64,000 nucleotides of DNA from Raillietiella orientalis (GCA_036172245.1 JAYWIR010000012.1:248001-312000), one strand, 5' to 3'; positions 13,101 through 25,840 are shown, counted from the stretch's first letter. A program made the numbers and translations. The notes: generated by a model from the letters alone, not told the origin.

Positions 13101-16100
13101 AAACTTGAGCCAATCGTCTGGATCTTCAACCTTGTTATTGCAATCGACATATTTGCATAAACATTGCGCATTTTAATTCAAACACAGCCGGAAATGTGCA
13201 AGGAATTGAAATCAAGTGCATAAGGGATGCGCTGAGGAACGTTGCGATTCCAACGCAAGATCATACGAAAATACACCCGGAAGCGTGCGTACGCAGACGA
13301 TCAAAAATGGATGCGCTCTAATGTACGGCAAGTGCGAACGAGGCGGCGACGAGTACCGTGCCACGGGGCAGCGAGGTCTTCTAGACCACCGACTCCGGTG
13401 CCAACTCTGGTAGACTCATTGCAGCGTACAGTCGACTCCGGCGGGAGGCGGGAGCTCCGCAAGGCACACACGATTCCTTTGGCGGTCTCCGCGGAACGGG
13501 TGGCTCCTTTCAAACTGCGAGAAAGGATCCGGGATGCGTGTTTTAAGTGCCTGCACACCGCGGGGGGATAAATCATCGAATTCCGCATGGAGGCGCGCTC
13601 GACTGTGCGGCAGCCACGCTGGGGCAAGGCAGGGAACTAATAATACTCCTGCCGCAACCTGCCAAATGCTCCCAGAGTGTTTATTCCGCTCAACACCACG
13701 AGCACAAGATACAGTGTACATACACTCCGATGGGTTATGACGGCAGCAGATGGAGGTACAGTTCTCCCCCTCCCCCTCCCCCCCCGTGCCACCGCTGCTC
13801 CCTTTGAGCTGTTGGCATCCGTAAGCGCGAGATCTCAAATGTTCGCTTCGTGCCCCTCTCGTCCACCGCATCTCTGGTGATGTTTTTTCCACGATTTTTT
13901 CCGAACACTCATCCAAGTGGGGGATATACGAATGGATGACGATGTAGCAAAATGGGATAGAATTGAGCGATGGGACCGATTCTCAGGCGCATCCCGAAAC
14001 GTTAACTGTCTCCGTGAATGACATAAATCTGTGCTTTGCTCCTCTCTCTTTTTTAGTATGTTTTTTTTTTCATTTTTTTTCTTCCCCTTGAAACGCTCAT
14101 TTCTACCTGTTCTCCGTTCTTGATCTTCTGGGTGAAGATCCCGTATTCGTATCTGATTCCATAGCCGTAAGCTGCTAAGCCTAAGGTTGCCATGGAATCC
14201 AGGAAGCACGCTGCGAGTCGCCCCAAACCGCCGTTTCCGAGTCCAGCGTCTTCTTCCATGTCTTCCAATTCTTCCAAATCTAAACCAAGCTGTAATTAAA
14301 GTTACGTGAGACGTAAGTTTTATAAATTCGGGATTGCATCTGAAGACCCTGCTCGATCCCTTTACAGCTTTTTTTTTTTTTTGAGAGGGGGGAGGAGAGA
14401 CATTTTTTTTGTGTGTGTTTTCTTTCTCGCTTGATATTGCGCTGTTGAGCAGCTCCAAGGCAACCGCGGGGTCATATTCGTGTTTACGCACCAGCCTGCC
14501 TGCTCCATGTATCGTTCTGGGCCAACCCTTTTCTTGCAAGTCGTAGAGATCGGGCAGCTGACGAACGAACACGAAAACTCTTGGAACCTCTCCAAGACGA
14601 ATACCCGGCCTTCAAACAGCTCGTTCCGAGTTGTGGGCGGGCTGAGCCCGTCGACGCCGCAGCAGGCCCGCTTCGACCCCATCTACGAGAAAGGTATAGG
14701 GAGGGGAAATGCCCCAAGACGGTATAGGCAGCGGCTGGCGCGCTGCCGTCCGCGCCGCCAAAGGGGTCGGCGGCCCGCTGCGGATGACGTGGGCGGGAGG
14801 GGAAGGAAGGCAGAGGGAGAGACCGTGCGGCCTTCCCGGCAAGTGAGACGATCGCAATGTAGGGAACGGAACGGATATGAAGACAGGAGACTGACAGAAG
14901 ATGCTCTCGTCCGGAGCCTCAGAGATGTCTACCCGGCGACGCAGGCGCCAGAGAAGTGCGGACCGTCGTCGTGTCTTCTCTCCTTCTTCCTCTGCTCGTC
15001 GGGGTGATCGGGAGATCTGCCGTCACAGAGGTACCCCGCCTTCCCTGGAGAGAGTCGACGTCGCGACCACCGCCGCAGATACAGCGCGTACTGAGGCGGC
15101 ACCCTCTTGAATGCGCCTCTTCGCGCGCGCATGCGTCTGGTCCTTTTTTTTTTTTTTTGCCCTCTCCTTACTTCTGAGAGGAGAGGATCCCTCGCAAGGT
15201 TGCCGGTATGCGTAGCACCCTCATTGTCACTGGGAAGCAGGGCGTACCCGTATCTGCACCTGCAGTTACCTTTCCTTCTTCCCTTTCCTCGCCTGCGCCT
15301 CCCTCTCCGTTTTCGACACAGGAACATCCGGCACGCTGGCGTCTCATCTCGGACGAGCTCTCGAAAAACTCGAAACGTGCAGAGTGCGTCCCGACGCACT
15401 CCTTCTTGGCACAGAAGGGAAGGCACCGAGCACAGAGGGATGGAAAAAAAAACAAAGGAGAGAAGAAAAGGAAGAAACGGTAACCGCGCCAGCACTTGTC
15501 AGCGCGCATTCCTTCCTTCCTCCTCCTCCTCCTCCTTCTCCCACTTCCGGTTGTTCCTCCTCCAGGGTGCCGGAAAAACATTCCCGAAACCCTTCTTCCT
15601 GGGGGAAAAGGGGATGCCGCGCTCTCTGTGCCCCTGGATCAGGTGAAAGGAAGCTTTCGGGGTTCCCTCTCGCTCGCTAGCGGGGATTCGCCTCCGGGAA
15701 GGGACAGGGGATGTCCTCCCACAGAGTGGTGTCGCTGCTTTGGTCGCAAAGGAGGCGTCGATCGATCCTCCTACCTCCTCCTCTTCTTCCTGCCTCCGGC
15801 GACTACTCTCTCCTGAGCGCGAACCGAGTTTCTCCCGGGACTTAGGAGACCAAAAGGAGGTGGATGATGGGGATTCGCTTGCACGCTGCTTGGGACGTTC
15901 GGCTTAGACGGGCTCTTGGCACGGGTTTCCGGAGTTGCTCGGAGCTCTGGAGAGGAGGGGGGAGCAGGATCCTGGATCCGCACCGTCCCGGCGAGCCAAC
16001 CGTCGAACCACGCGGATGCTGGCGCGCGGCCAGACGCTTCATGCTTTTGCGCCTACCCTCCTTCTCCTGATTTCGTCCGGCAGACGGAGTCACAGGGAGC

Positions 16101-19100
16101 AAGGAGGAAGTCCCAGAGCATGAAAGGGCTGCCCCTCATTCCCCGCAGCTCGAAATGCCCCGTGATTCTCGGGGTGGGTGGGAAAGGTAAGGGCCGGAGG
16201 CACAGTGGAGAAGCTGGTTCCGACGGGACGGTTTCCGCGGACGCTCTGACGAGAAGAGACACGGGGCGAGGTGTGCGCGCCCTCGTCGACGCGACCTTGC
16301 GGCCTTCCCATCATGAGCGGAAGCAGAGGCGATCCGGGCATGCCAGGATCAACAGGACGCCCCTCCGTTCCGTGAGACTTGGACATGCACACTCTAGCTC
16401 GCTCTTCGCCTTGAGAGCGGGGAAGAGACCTGCAGGGGGTCCAGAGGAGACACGCCTCCTCCTCCTCCTCCTCTCTGGCATCGCTTCCCTTCCCCTCTCC
16501 CTCCAGCCGCCCACAGGTCGGGGGACGAAGAAGTATGCCTGCTCTGAGGCAGGACGCTTCCCCATCTCTCTCTCCCTTCCCCAAAGTTTTTGCTGCCTCG
16601 CTCCCTCCTTCCCCAACCCAAAATGGATTCCTGTTCCGGCGGGCGTTCTTCCCTCCCCTCCCTTCTCCCCCGCTCCGCGCATGAGCGGCGGAGGAGGAGA
16701 ACCGTTTTTTTTAAAAAAAGAAAAAAGGAAAAAGTTGGGAGGGCGCCAGGAAGCAGCAACGCCTCCTTGGTCAGGGGGGAACGAGAGACTTGGCTGCAGG
16801 TCTGCTCCTCCCCTTGCGGCATGCAGCAAGGACAGTCCACCCGTTCTGCGCGGAAAGCGATGTCTCGAAAACGGGAGCGCGAACCGCGCACAGGGGCAGA
16901 GGACGCCAGTTGTTGTTAGCCTCCAGACTTCGCACCCGACCCGGAAGAAGATGCTGGCGTCGAAGACGCTCCCCCCCCGTGCCCTTCTTCCTCCTCTCCC
17001 TTCCCTCCCGGCACCCACCCGCCGCAAGCACGCACCTGGTAGATGGCCTCGTCAACGGCGTTCTGTATGCCCAAGTTCATCATGGTGTTGCAGAGGCTGC
17101 GACCCATGTAGTACTCCAGGGACAAATAGTACACTCTCTGAAAAGAAAGTAATAGATGAGAGGAATGCGGAGCCGTGAAGAGAAAAACCGTACGAAGGCG
17201 GCGGCAGTGGCGGGGAGCAACGAGAAGAGGCTGCCCAGGGTGTGGTTGCTTAACGCAGAGAGAGAGGAATGCGCAGAAGCGCGCGGAGCTGCTGCCGGGC
17301 GGGTCCACCTTCGACCCGAGAAAAAGAAAGCCACCAAGGCGGCAGGGGACCCTGGCAGCTGGGTGACCAGTTATGGGAAGGAGCAGCAGTCCCATCCCCA
17401 CGCTAAGCAGGACGACCCCTCCACGAGAGGACAGAGCCGCCAGCGAAAGAAGTTGCGCGGGACGCAAGGACGTCGCCTCCCTGTGGGGTACGCCTACACA
17501 CCCTTTGCAGAAGCTCTGCGCACGCGTCGCTTTCATTTTCGGCCGCGCTCGAACGAGGGTTCCCATGGCTACCACGAGAGCCAAACCCCTTCGTAGTCAC
17601 ACGGCAGGCAGGCATCGGTCCAGAAGCGCCGCCCGCGGAACCAGCGGCCTCCGCCGCACTTTGAAACTTGTTCCGCCCACACTGCTTCCTTCCCTTACGC
17701 CACAGGTCACGCCCCAACCTCCCATCCACTCTGGAGTTTGAAGGCTTTCTTGCCGCCAACCTTCGATCCTCTCCCATCTCTGGTGCGGAACCTTCTCGAA
17801 GCCTGCTACCAGTGCAATGCGGTTCGGTTTCGTAGTTCACTGTGCCCACCTCCCAATGCTCTACAGGTCACGGAATCTACGGAACCACCCTTCTTTATAA
17901 TCGGGCCATGCTCGATCTTAATTTCCAAATCTCGCGTCTCGCCAAACCCTTCCTTCGTGATTTCAAATTACACAACCGACATCCAAGCGTGAGTGGACCG
18001 ACGCAACCTTTCGGCGGCGAAGAGGCTGGGCCGTGAGGTCCTCGAGACGGGCGCCGCCGCCACAGATGCGCTACTGGGAACTCTGCCAGTCCACGCCATT
18101 CCCAGATGATGGCACGCGTGGATTCACGCGGGAAACCCTTTCGCCGCTCTTCCTTCCTCGCTGTCGTCCTGCGTGGCGCGCAAAATTTTTTTTTTTTTTC
18201 GTTTTTTTGCGCGCTAAATCGGGTAGCTGACCGAGAGGGGTGGGACAGAAGTCTCCGGCGAAACCAAAGCAAATTTTCCCCTTGTCGCGCGTGTGGGGTC
18301 TCTTCGTCATCACTTCGGTTTTTATGTCGGGACTGCTGTTTCTCTATCGTTTCTTCGGGAAAAAACAATGCTTTGACTAGAAGCCAGGGGGGAAAAGAGA
18401 GTCCCCTCACATAGGTGCAGGAGCGCAGAAGGTTTCGACGCTCGGAGTCCATCTGCCTTTGATCAGCCTGGAACACGGCGTTTCCGCGTATCTGATACGG
18501 AGCATTCGAGGAAGAGAGGAAAGGTGACCTCCAAACCTCTCCATGAGTCAAAGGTCACTTTCACGAACAGGCAGAAGGAATAGGATTCCCTGCTGGGAAG
18601 GGAGGGCTAGGCAGGAATAATTTCAGAGCATCAAGAGGACAGTGGGTTCCCCCCAAAACAAGAGGGTCCTCGGTCAACAGACCAGATCGAGGACAGAATG
18701 AATACGGAGTGAAGCGTAGCATAATTTCCAATGGAAGCTTTACGAGCAAAGGGGACAGGGGAGCAGACGGAATGAACCTTGGCAAACAGCTGGGCTGCAT
18801 GCAACCGGATTTCGCTGCTTTAGAAAATGGAGGACACGCTCAATATTGTGGACTGCGGAGTTTACACCGCATTTTACTTTGTTTTATTTTTCCATTACTG
18901 TCCTCACAGAACCTTGCAAAGAGGCAAAATTTCCGTAGGATGGATATGAGGAGATGGAAAATCCGGTGCACCGCTCTCGCTGGACAACATCGTGCTTGCA
19001 AACGGTCCACGAGACACCGGCGTGGCCAACATCCCAAAAAATCTATAGCCGCAAACTGCTCTCTTCCGTCGCCGTTGCTTTTCGCTCCCCCATCTAACAG

Positions 19101-20321
19101 CCTTGGATCGTTACAAATATACGGTATGCGATTCCGGCAGTGTTCTAGTACACGCTTGGGGGGAAGAGGGGAGGGAAGAAAAAAAGGAAGGGGAGCGAAA
19201 GCGAAATTCCTGCCACCTTAACGAATAGTAATAAAAAAGTCGGTACCTCGAAACTTTCTCGCGCAGAAGCTCATCGCAAAGCAGCAATCAGCGGGCTGAG
19301 GAAGTGAAGACGAGCGCAGTTCCCTCCTCATCTGGCATCCGAGAAACAACGTGTGCAGAATGGCGGCATCTCGCGACGCTTCCATGCGAGGGAGAAGCGT
19401 AGGCTGTTTACAACAATGCAGTCGGATTGCTCAACAGCACCTTGTGCCCCCCCCTCCTCCTCCCCCTCCCCCTCCCCCTCCTCCGCTGGGAATACGTCGG
19501 GCTGCACGCGTGCACTCTCCGCCCGATGTTTACGTACTGCGCGCAGCCCACAGAAGCAAAAAAATTCCCCCTCAAACAGGAAGTCGTGCTGCCCGTAGAA
19601 ACACGTATGCGTATTTCATTTTTCTTCTTCTTCCCCCTCCCCCCGCTTTCTCTCTCTCTTTTTTTAGTACTTTCGTGTCCATACCGAGGATTGCTCCCCT
19701 CCCCCTTCCGAGCAAAAAACACGTTCGCGTAGGCACAAGTAATAGCGAGCGAGATTTGCATGACGGCGCGCAATGGGGAAAGGGGGGAGGGGGGGGGGAC
19801 CTCTTGCACGCCGAAGACCTGGAACGCAACGCAAAGCGCCCGTCTCCCGGGAACGCAGGGCGACCATTCGCGTTCCCCCGTGTTCACTAAGCGGAGATCG
19901 GGGACAGGACACCCCCCAAGGCGCGCGCCGCGGGAGCGTGTTTGGAATGGCATTCCCGCGCGGGCACGCTGCTTGCAGTGCATGCGAAGAACGTGATCAC
20001 CTGGAGACGGAGGCCGGATCGTGGGTTGGCAAACAGGCAATCGGGACGGCTGTCACGACCGTGCTTTGGAAACCGCAGAAAACGTACCTTGGGATCCTGA
20101 TCATAGTAACGCTGCTGCGTTCTTATCCAACGCGATACAAGATTATCTTTGACGGCATGGACCAGAGCGAAGTAGTAATCCCTGGTGGTGGCTACGTTCC
20201 TGTCCTTCACTAAGGTGTAGTGCAGGTGCCGATTGAAGGCCTTTTTGACACCGCCGACGTTTTCGACGTCCACAATCCCCCTGACGCTGATCTGCTTCCT
20301 TCTTTCTGCGTCGGTCAGCAT
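7133..20321 (-). CDS. GlyP: Glycogen phosphorylase, 10 exons, 842 aa
   Basis: Exons 20321-20088, 17137-17036, 14289-14107, 12833-12702, 9287-9176, 9112-8646, 8591-8428, 8373-8259, 8202-7342 and 7291-7133 sum to 2529 nt in one frame. Motifs: RKQISVRG (phospho-Ser site), [65 protein letters not shown] (PLP lysine). Confidence 0.98.
9760..10100 (+). pseudogene. Decayed Sina-like relic, GlyP intron 4 (antisense)
   Basis: SC/SDHSLRS ... IKCATS ... VIRLLTFTE. Confidence 0.3.
11470..12040 (+). pseudogene. Decayed Sina-like relic, GlyP intron 4 (antisense)
   Basis: [11 protein letters not shown] ... IQKCANHQI ... WKC ... later NYLGAVQSI (compare QFFAIVQLI), with frameshifts. Confidence 0.5.
12200..12695 (-). 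pseudogene. Sina-like relic with the best-preserved RING core, GlyP intron 4
   Basis: 12632-12561 reads [24 protein letters not shown] (C-x2-H-x2-C-x2-C-x10-C-x2-C), followed by [11 protein letters not shown]. There is an in-frame TAA upstream at 12644-12642. Confidence 0.7.
13300..13916 (-). pseudogene. Decayed Sina-like relic filling GlyP intron 3
   Basis: DECSEK ... [21 protein letters not shown], then a frameshift to PQRGCRTV (compare RNLAMEKVANSVLFPCKYASSGC). Confidence 0.55.
14430..14900 (+). pseudogene. Decayed Sina-like relic, GlyP intron 2 (antisense)
   Basis: YCAVE ... RGHIRV ... ACSMYR. Confidence 0.35.
14950..15480 (-). pseudogene. Decayed Sina-like relic, GlyP intron 2
   Basis: One frame reads LLCQEG..DALC ... 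TPACRMFL ... ALLPSDNEG. Confidence 0.55.
16090..16600 (-). pseudogene. Decayed Sina-like relic, GlyP intron 2
   Basis: SCLRAG/HT ... TPCRSL, interrupted by a GAG repeat. Confidence 0.3.
17300..17850 (-). pseudogene. Decayed Sina-like relic, GlyP intron 1
   Basis: MPACRV, then a frameshift to VAMGTLV ... [12 protein letters not shown] (compare SGCEITLPHTE). Confidence 0.45.
18100..18710 (-). pseudogene. Decayed Sina-like relic, GlyP intron 1
   Basis: SFCPRSG ... [11 protein letters not shown] ... ERRNLL...RGLSFPP. Confidence 0.6.
18850..19300 (+). pseudogene. Decayed Sina-like relic, GlyP intron 1 (antisense)
   Basis: [11 protein letters not shown] ... NCSLP ... SNSLG..MRFRQC. Confidence 0.4.
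19500..20043 (-). pseudogene. Decayed Sina-like relic, GlyP intron 1
   Basis: [26 protein letters not shown] (1-nt deletion in CPVC; compare CPVCFDYVLPP..GHLVCSNCR). Confidence 0.65.
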
Positions 20322-20899
20322 CGTGATCACGCGGAACCTCTCGCCTTCACATCCGTACCAATAATGAGACGAGAACTCGGCACGAAGGAAATCCTTTCAC
20401 TTGAAGGTCGCGCAAGCGCATTGCACTCGGCCGGCGAGGGGAGCAGGGATCGAACCGCCAGCGACTCCACCTCGCAGCGCGCGGCGGAGTTCGGGCAGGC
20501 GACTGGCACGCTACGCACGTGCGCGCGCGCGTGCGAGGACGTGCCCTTCCCTCGTCGTCGTCGTCGTCGTCGTCCAACCTATCCCTCCGCTCCGTTGCTT
20601 CCCGGCTCGTTTCGCGCGGACCCGGGGCGGCGCGAGACCCGGGACGACCGCCCACCCCCCGCCGCCGCTGTGACCTCCGCGCAAAACGAAACGCGCCGAC
20701 GCCCTTTCCTCGACGGGGAAGGGGGCCGCCCGGCGGCGTCACATTTCCGCGCTCTCTCTCTTTCACGGCAGCGGATCTCTCTTTGCTGCTGCTGCTGCTG
20801 CTTAGGGGAAAAAGGCGTCGGCCGGTTGCCCTCCCCGCGAACGGGGGTGGGTGGGAAGGGAGACACCGCATCGCTGCTTCGACAGAGGGCGGCGGCGGC

Positions 20900-21340
20900 A
20901 GCGGATCACCTTCGAGTCCTCGAGGGGCCCGTCGGCGGACGAGGGGTCGGCATAATCCCCCCGTGCGGTGGTGTGGACGAAAGCTATTGCTTGGAAGGGT
21001 CGTTGTGGCGGAGGCACCCCCGCGACGCTCCCATACGAAGGAGGAGCGTAGACAACAATGCGGTCAGATTACGCAACAACGCCCCCCCCCCTTCCTCCTC
21101 CTCCTCCGCTGGGAATAGCAGGCTGGCCAGTCTCCGCGCATCTCAAAAGCTTTAAAAAAAAAAAAAAAAAAGAATCAAAATAACACTCGCGCGGGCACGC
21201 GCGCACCAACTGCTGCACCGTTCTGAGTGCTTTCATTGTGATCTTCACTTCGCTGCTGCATTCTCCCTGGATGTGATGAAGGGAATTACAAGACTCTTGC
21301 GATGCGCTTCGGGAACGAAAACCGGATTCCCTCTGCGACT
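20900..21340 (-). pseudogene. Decayed Sina-like relic upstream of GlyP
   Basis: SCNSLHHIQGECSSE ... RACPREC. Confidence 0.5.
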
Positions 21341-21419
21341 GCGTGAGGAGTGTCGCTTTATTTAGTTTTATTTTTTGCATCCCTTTTTTTGCTGCTGCAC
21401 CCTGGAAACTCAGCTGGGC

Positions 21420-21950
21420 TGCACGAGCTGCTGCTTTTTTTGAGAGACGATGTTCTTCTCCGTACCTCGAGAAAGCGTGGCGGCAACGGCGACCGATTCG
21501 TGATGGTCCCCTCACCAAGCAGGGATGCGACGGAGAGGACCACCGTCTCCGACGACTGGACACTGAACACGCGTCGAGCCGAGACGCGCGCGGACGGAAA
21601 AAGAGATCCTTCCCGGCCAGGAAGTACCTCCAAATCCTCCGCATTCCTCGGTGCTGCTGCTGTTCAGGGCACACCCCCTCCCGTCCCCAGACAAGCTGAC
21701 CAACCAACACCGCCGGATCCGAAAAGCACGCGAATGGTTCGTTCGAGGAGCAGCAACATATATAGTCCCCCCCCCCCCCTCTCCTTTCTCGCCCGGCGCC
21801 ACTACGTGGGATTCTTGTTCGGGAATATCTGGTGCCCTGCGGTGAGAGATACCAGCCGGGCAAAGGGGAAGGAGGGTTGTCATGTAACGAACCGAACGGG
21901 CCTCCCAAAGCCCACGCTAGCGCCAACCACGTAAACTGCTACGTCAGTGT
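21420..21950 (+). pseudogene. Decayed Sina-like relic
   Basis: FFERRCSS ... GCDGEDH/VSDDW. Confidence 0.35.
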
Positions 21951-22149
21951 GTCATGGCTGCTTTTCTAAATCATCCTCTGGAAGATTCCAGAGTTCGTTC
22001 TCCGTGCCGCCGTCCTTTTTCTGGAGGGCTGCTGGGTCCTGACCATCACCCGCCGCGTCGCCATCGTCCCACTAGCGAGCGCTCGTCCCTTCCCGGGACA
22101 TCGCGCGCCGGCCGGGGAACGCCCGTTTCGGGACCCGGAATAGGATCGT

Positions 22150-22870
22150 CGGCTTCTCGTGCTCTTAGGTGCCAAAGACACAACCATTGTGCATCACTCC
22201 TGATGAAGCTTGACTGTTCGAAAGATGCGAGTTTGGAGCTATGGGGTGCGAAAAGGAGTCTTCCTCTTCCACTTGCGATTGCATACGTGGATGCATGTTT
22301 TTTCGGTGTGGCTGAGCTCTGACTGATGGCTTGTTGATGCTTGGCATAGGAGCTACGAATTTCTGCGTTCAACTCCTCCGTCTGAGCGTGAGTTATTTCC
22401 ATACGCACATCGCGAGAGAATAGTTTATCCCTGAATGGTTGTGACTTGTGTTCAGACAGCCACGAGTGAGCGGGGTGGTCACGCCTTTCCTCCACTGCGG
22501 GACCGCGATTGCGGGGGTCGGGCAGCGCGTCCACAGAGCCAATCTTGCCGCACGCGGTTCCACTTGAGCGGATCTCGTTCTGTCCGGGGGATTCTAGGAA
22601 AACTGGCACACGGTCGGTCCTGCCGCTGGCGTCCGGAAAGGGACAAAACGAGCTGCCGAATGGCACACTTGGGATCCTTGCGTGCGGCACCTTCACTCCC
22701 GCCTGGGGCGGCTGCATCGACCGATGGTGACGCTTGCACGGGGGACCTAGTGTGGTGGCCGTCGCCACTTTCTGACCTCGTCCTGAGGAAAGGTGGCGCC
22801 GCGTCGTGACAACGGACGAGCGCTGCTGCTTCGAAAGTCCACCGGAGGCATTCCCTCAACGTCCGACCCC
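22150..22870 (-). pseudogene. Decayed Sina-like relic including substrate-binding-domain remnants
   Basis: TLRECLRW ... PKCAIRQ ... HSWLSEHKS (compare HLMHQHKS) ... KHQQAISQ..TPKKHASTY..GRGRLLF (compare GHQQFFAIVQLIGTRKQAENFAY..GHRRRLTW). Confidence 0.55.
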
Positions 22871-23299
22871 CGAGACCGCTAGTGGAAGAAAAGAGGGTCG
22901 CTTTGACGACGAGAGCTCGCCTGTCGGGAAAACAAGCGTCACTTGGCGCGATTGCCGTCGTTTCACCCAAGAATGGCGATGTCCCGGAAAGGCTGGGGAC
23001 TCCCAAACCTCAGCGAGTTGACGGCGTTGCCCAACCATCCGGCACCGGCACAGGGCTCTGCACACGCTAGGGGGCGGTGCACCCGTGGTCCCGCCGCGCG
23101 GCGCTGGAATCGGACCAAGCAGACGCGACGCAGGAGCAAAAGTCCCCCAAGGCTGCGGGTTCGAACTCCGGCAGTGTCGTGCGTCAGGCCTTCGCCAGCA
23201 ACGCGGGAGCTCGAAGCGTTTAGAAATCCTCTCATTGCTTCGGGCGTTTAGGCAAAGGCAAAAAAGACGCAGCTTCTATGCTTCGCATGGAGCTCCGTC

Positions 23300-23890
23300 C
23301 TGCGGTTTCTTTTTCCCGAATTTCTGCTGCCGCGCAAGTTGTTCCAGAATTTCTTTCCGCGCGCGCGTGTTCCGTGCGTGAATTTCCAGACGCTGACCAG
23401 AGTTGCGTTCGATTCCTGCAGCCCTAAATCGTGCCCCTGATCTCTACCGGAAGCACCACTGAGGCCGTCTGCAAGCTGAATCTTTTGCTTCTGGAGTTGA
23501 AGATCCAAGAACGACCTCCACGCAGAGGAGCGCCCTCTGCGAATTCCTCCTACAAGTTCCCGCGTTTTTCCCGCCCGAGCGCTTCTGCGCACGCCAACTT
23601 CGCCCGCTCTGCAGCTCGCCCTTGCGGCGAGGCCCGCGCCGGAGCGCTGTCGCGTGCGATCTGACGGAGGGGAGGCGGGCGGCACACTACCACGCCGTCA
23701 CCATCTCGCGACCTGAAGGATGAAGGAAGTCCTTCACGAAGGTATTAACTCCACGAGAGACGACAGTTCTGCGGAGAGCGCCACGGCGAGCCAGTCTCCG
23801 GCTGGGTGCCCATGCGTGAGAAACGTGTCTGTCCATCTCTCTCGAACCCCCTCTCGTGTGCTCACTCCGCAGAGGGAATCGACGCCCCCT
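23300..23890 (-). pseudogene. Decayed Sina-like relic
   Basis: SLCGV ... HGHPAGDW ... NC/VSRG ... REMVTAW*C. Confidence 0.35.
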
Positions 23891-24399
23891 CGACCCCCTC
23901 CCCATTAATCGGTGAAACGGCGGAGTATTCCCGAGGAAGGATCGAGGAGGACGCAAAACGACGCGCGCGATTTGCGAAGATCTGCGGCGAAAATCGTGAG
24001 AGGAATGTCAAGGGCGAACGGCGGTGCAGTCGATCGATGGTGAGGCGGAAGAGATGGACGCAAACGGTTTGCATCTCCAACGGGAGCCACGCAGCGCAAG
24101 TAGGGGCTTGTTGTGAGCGGATGGGGGCCCTCGATGGCGTTTCAAAACGGAAGGATGGCGCGCCTTCCGCCCGGTTGCTTCAGGGAGTTTGTTTACCGAA
24201 GAAATGAAGTGCTGGAAACTGAGTTGCGGTTTGTCCTCTGCATCAGGGGAGGCGCAGTTGTTTCGAGGAGTAGATAGATAGGGATTGATCAGGGAGGAGG
24301 AGACAATAAAGGAACAAAAATAAATAAAGGTTGTAGGAGTAGAGTCCGTTGTTGGCTCGGTTCCATAGAGGTAGGAGAAATTCGTGGACGCTTCAGGTG

Positions 24400-25170
24400 G
24401 GACGCAGGATCGTGGCAACGGCATAGCTTGTTGCTCTTCTATCAAATGGCCTAGCTTCAGGACAAACAATCTGAGCGGCCACAGACCTAGCCGATCTTTT
24501 TTCCTTTCCTATAGACCCCTCTTATACAATCTCCAACGCACCATCTCACTCCGGTGACGAAGCCTCGCCTCCAGCCCTGCCGATGTTGCTCCTTCCATTT
24601 CATCTTGAGAGTGCCCATGGCGATCCTCAGCAAAGCACACCTTTTCCTCCGTCACAAGCTCACTGGCTCTTCAGGCACCAAGGGAGACCTAGACCTACTC
24701 CCACTCAGCCCATTCCTCACCGTCAAACCTCCTTCTGTCCATCTTTGTTCGCTTTTTCGCACTGACTTTCTTCCCACCTCCAGACCAGCTATTCGCTCTT
24801 ACCCACGATCAACCACGACAAACCAAGCTGCCCCTTCGCCTACACATCGGTCCTCCGGAAAATCAGGATGCTGGTCATCCTCCTCCTGCCACACCCCTCG
24901 CTCTGCCTCTCTTCCTCACGTTACTGTCTATTAGAAGAAAACACATCCTCGGACCTTGCCAGTGACGCCAGGGTGTCAGGGACGCTTCTACCTCGATCGC
25001 ACAAACCCGGAAGGAAGGCACTGTAACCCGGCGGAGGGAGACTCAGGATGGATTCCTACCATCCTCGTCTCATACAACCCTCCGCCGTATGGTGACGGCT
25101 CCTTGTGCACCGCCGCTCGGTGTTGCAAGTGGAAGCTTTCCACCCGGGTGAGCCGGGGCGTTTATTATTA
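24400..25170 (+). pseudogene. Decayed Sina-like relic (nucleotide paralog of 34070-35065)
   Basis: RGN/HSL/CSS ... QPCRCCS ... KAHLFLRHK. Its 3' end ggaagctttccacccg..tttattatta aligns to the reverse complement of 34060-34100. Confidence 0.5.
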
Positions 25171-25178
25171 ATAATAAA
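25161..25178. promoter_or_regulatory. Perfect 18-bp palindrome giving AATAAA on both strands (candidate bidirectional poly(A) signal)
   Basis: TTTATTATTAATAATAAA is its own reverse complement and lies between two convergent relics. Confidence 0.55.
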
Positions 25179-25299
25179 CATACAAAGGTGGTGGCAGGAC
25201 ACGATTGGTCCTCAGACGGAACTGACGAGAAGACGGTAGGCAGACCAGAGAGATTCTCCTCGGCAGCAGAGGGCAGGGGGGCAAACGAAAATAAAAATG

Positions 25300-25840
25300 A
25301 ATATGAAAAACCTTTGGAAGGACGGGGAAGGGGTCACTGCCTATGGAGGGCGTCCTCTGCATCCTTTCCGGGATGTCGGCAGGTTCCTATTGAACATTTT
25401 CCAACTGGAGCCATATCTCGCTGCAATTCTCAGGAAACGGACCGCAAAATTTGTGGCGCATTCCTGTTATTCCGGCCTCCTTTGGCGGCTCTCCAGGCAG
25501 CCACGATCCCGCGTAGGCAGCAAAGAGATGCTGGAGTTGCGGCTGGCGGCAGGGCATCCCGTACGAGAAGTACGCGTCCAAAGGAACAGGGAAAGCAGGC
25601 AAGGAAGACCTGCTGCAACTCCTTAAGAGCAAATCGGAATTGCAACTGTTGAAGCGTGTGGACACTCAGGCGCAGTGCGTAGTCGTCATGCGTAGTCAAA
25701 TCCACGAGTCAACCCTTAAGGCACGGCAACCCAGAAGACTTTCTTTGTAGGTTCGACTCTCTCGTTTCTTTTCCTTATCCATTTTCCCTTTGCATGCTCT
25801 GCTGCGCTCTTAGATCAAGCAGCAGCAGTACAGAAAAAGC
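25300..25840 (-). pseudogene. Decayed Sina-like relic (nucleotide paralog of 31990-32520)
   Basis: LPCLKG*LV ... ECPH ... RFALKELQQVFLACFPC. Shares ctccaggcagccacgatcccgcgtaggcagcaaagag with the copy near 32155-32190. Confidence 0.65.

Noticed and set aside
15916..17178. 420-aa + ORF and many similar R/P/G/S-rich ORFs in 14-43 kb
   Set aside because: Expected in high-GC, low-complexity DNA. There are no coherent domains, and the ORFs overlap on all frames.
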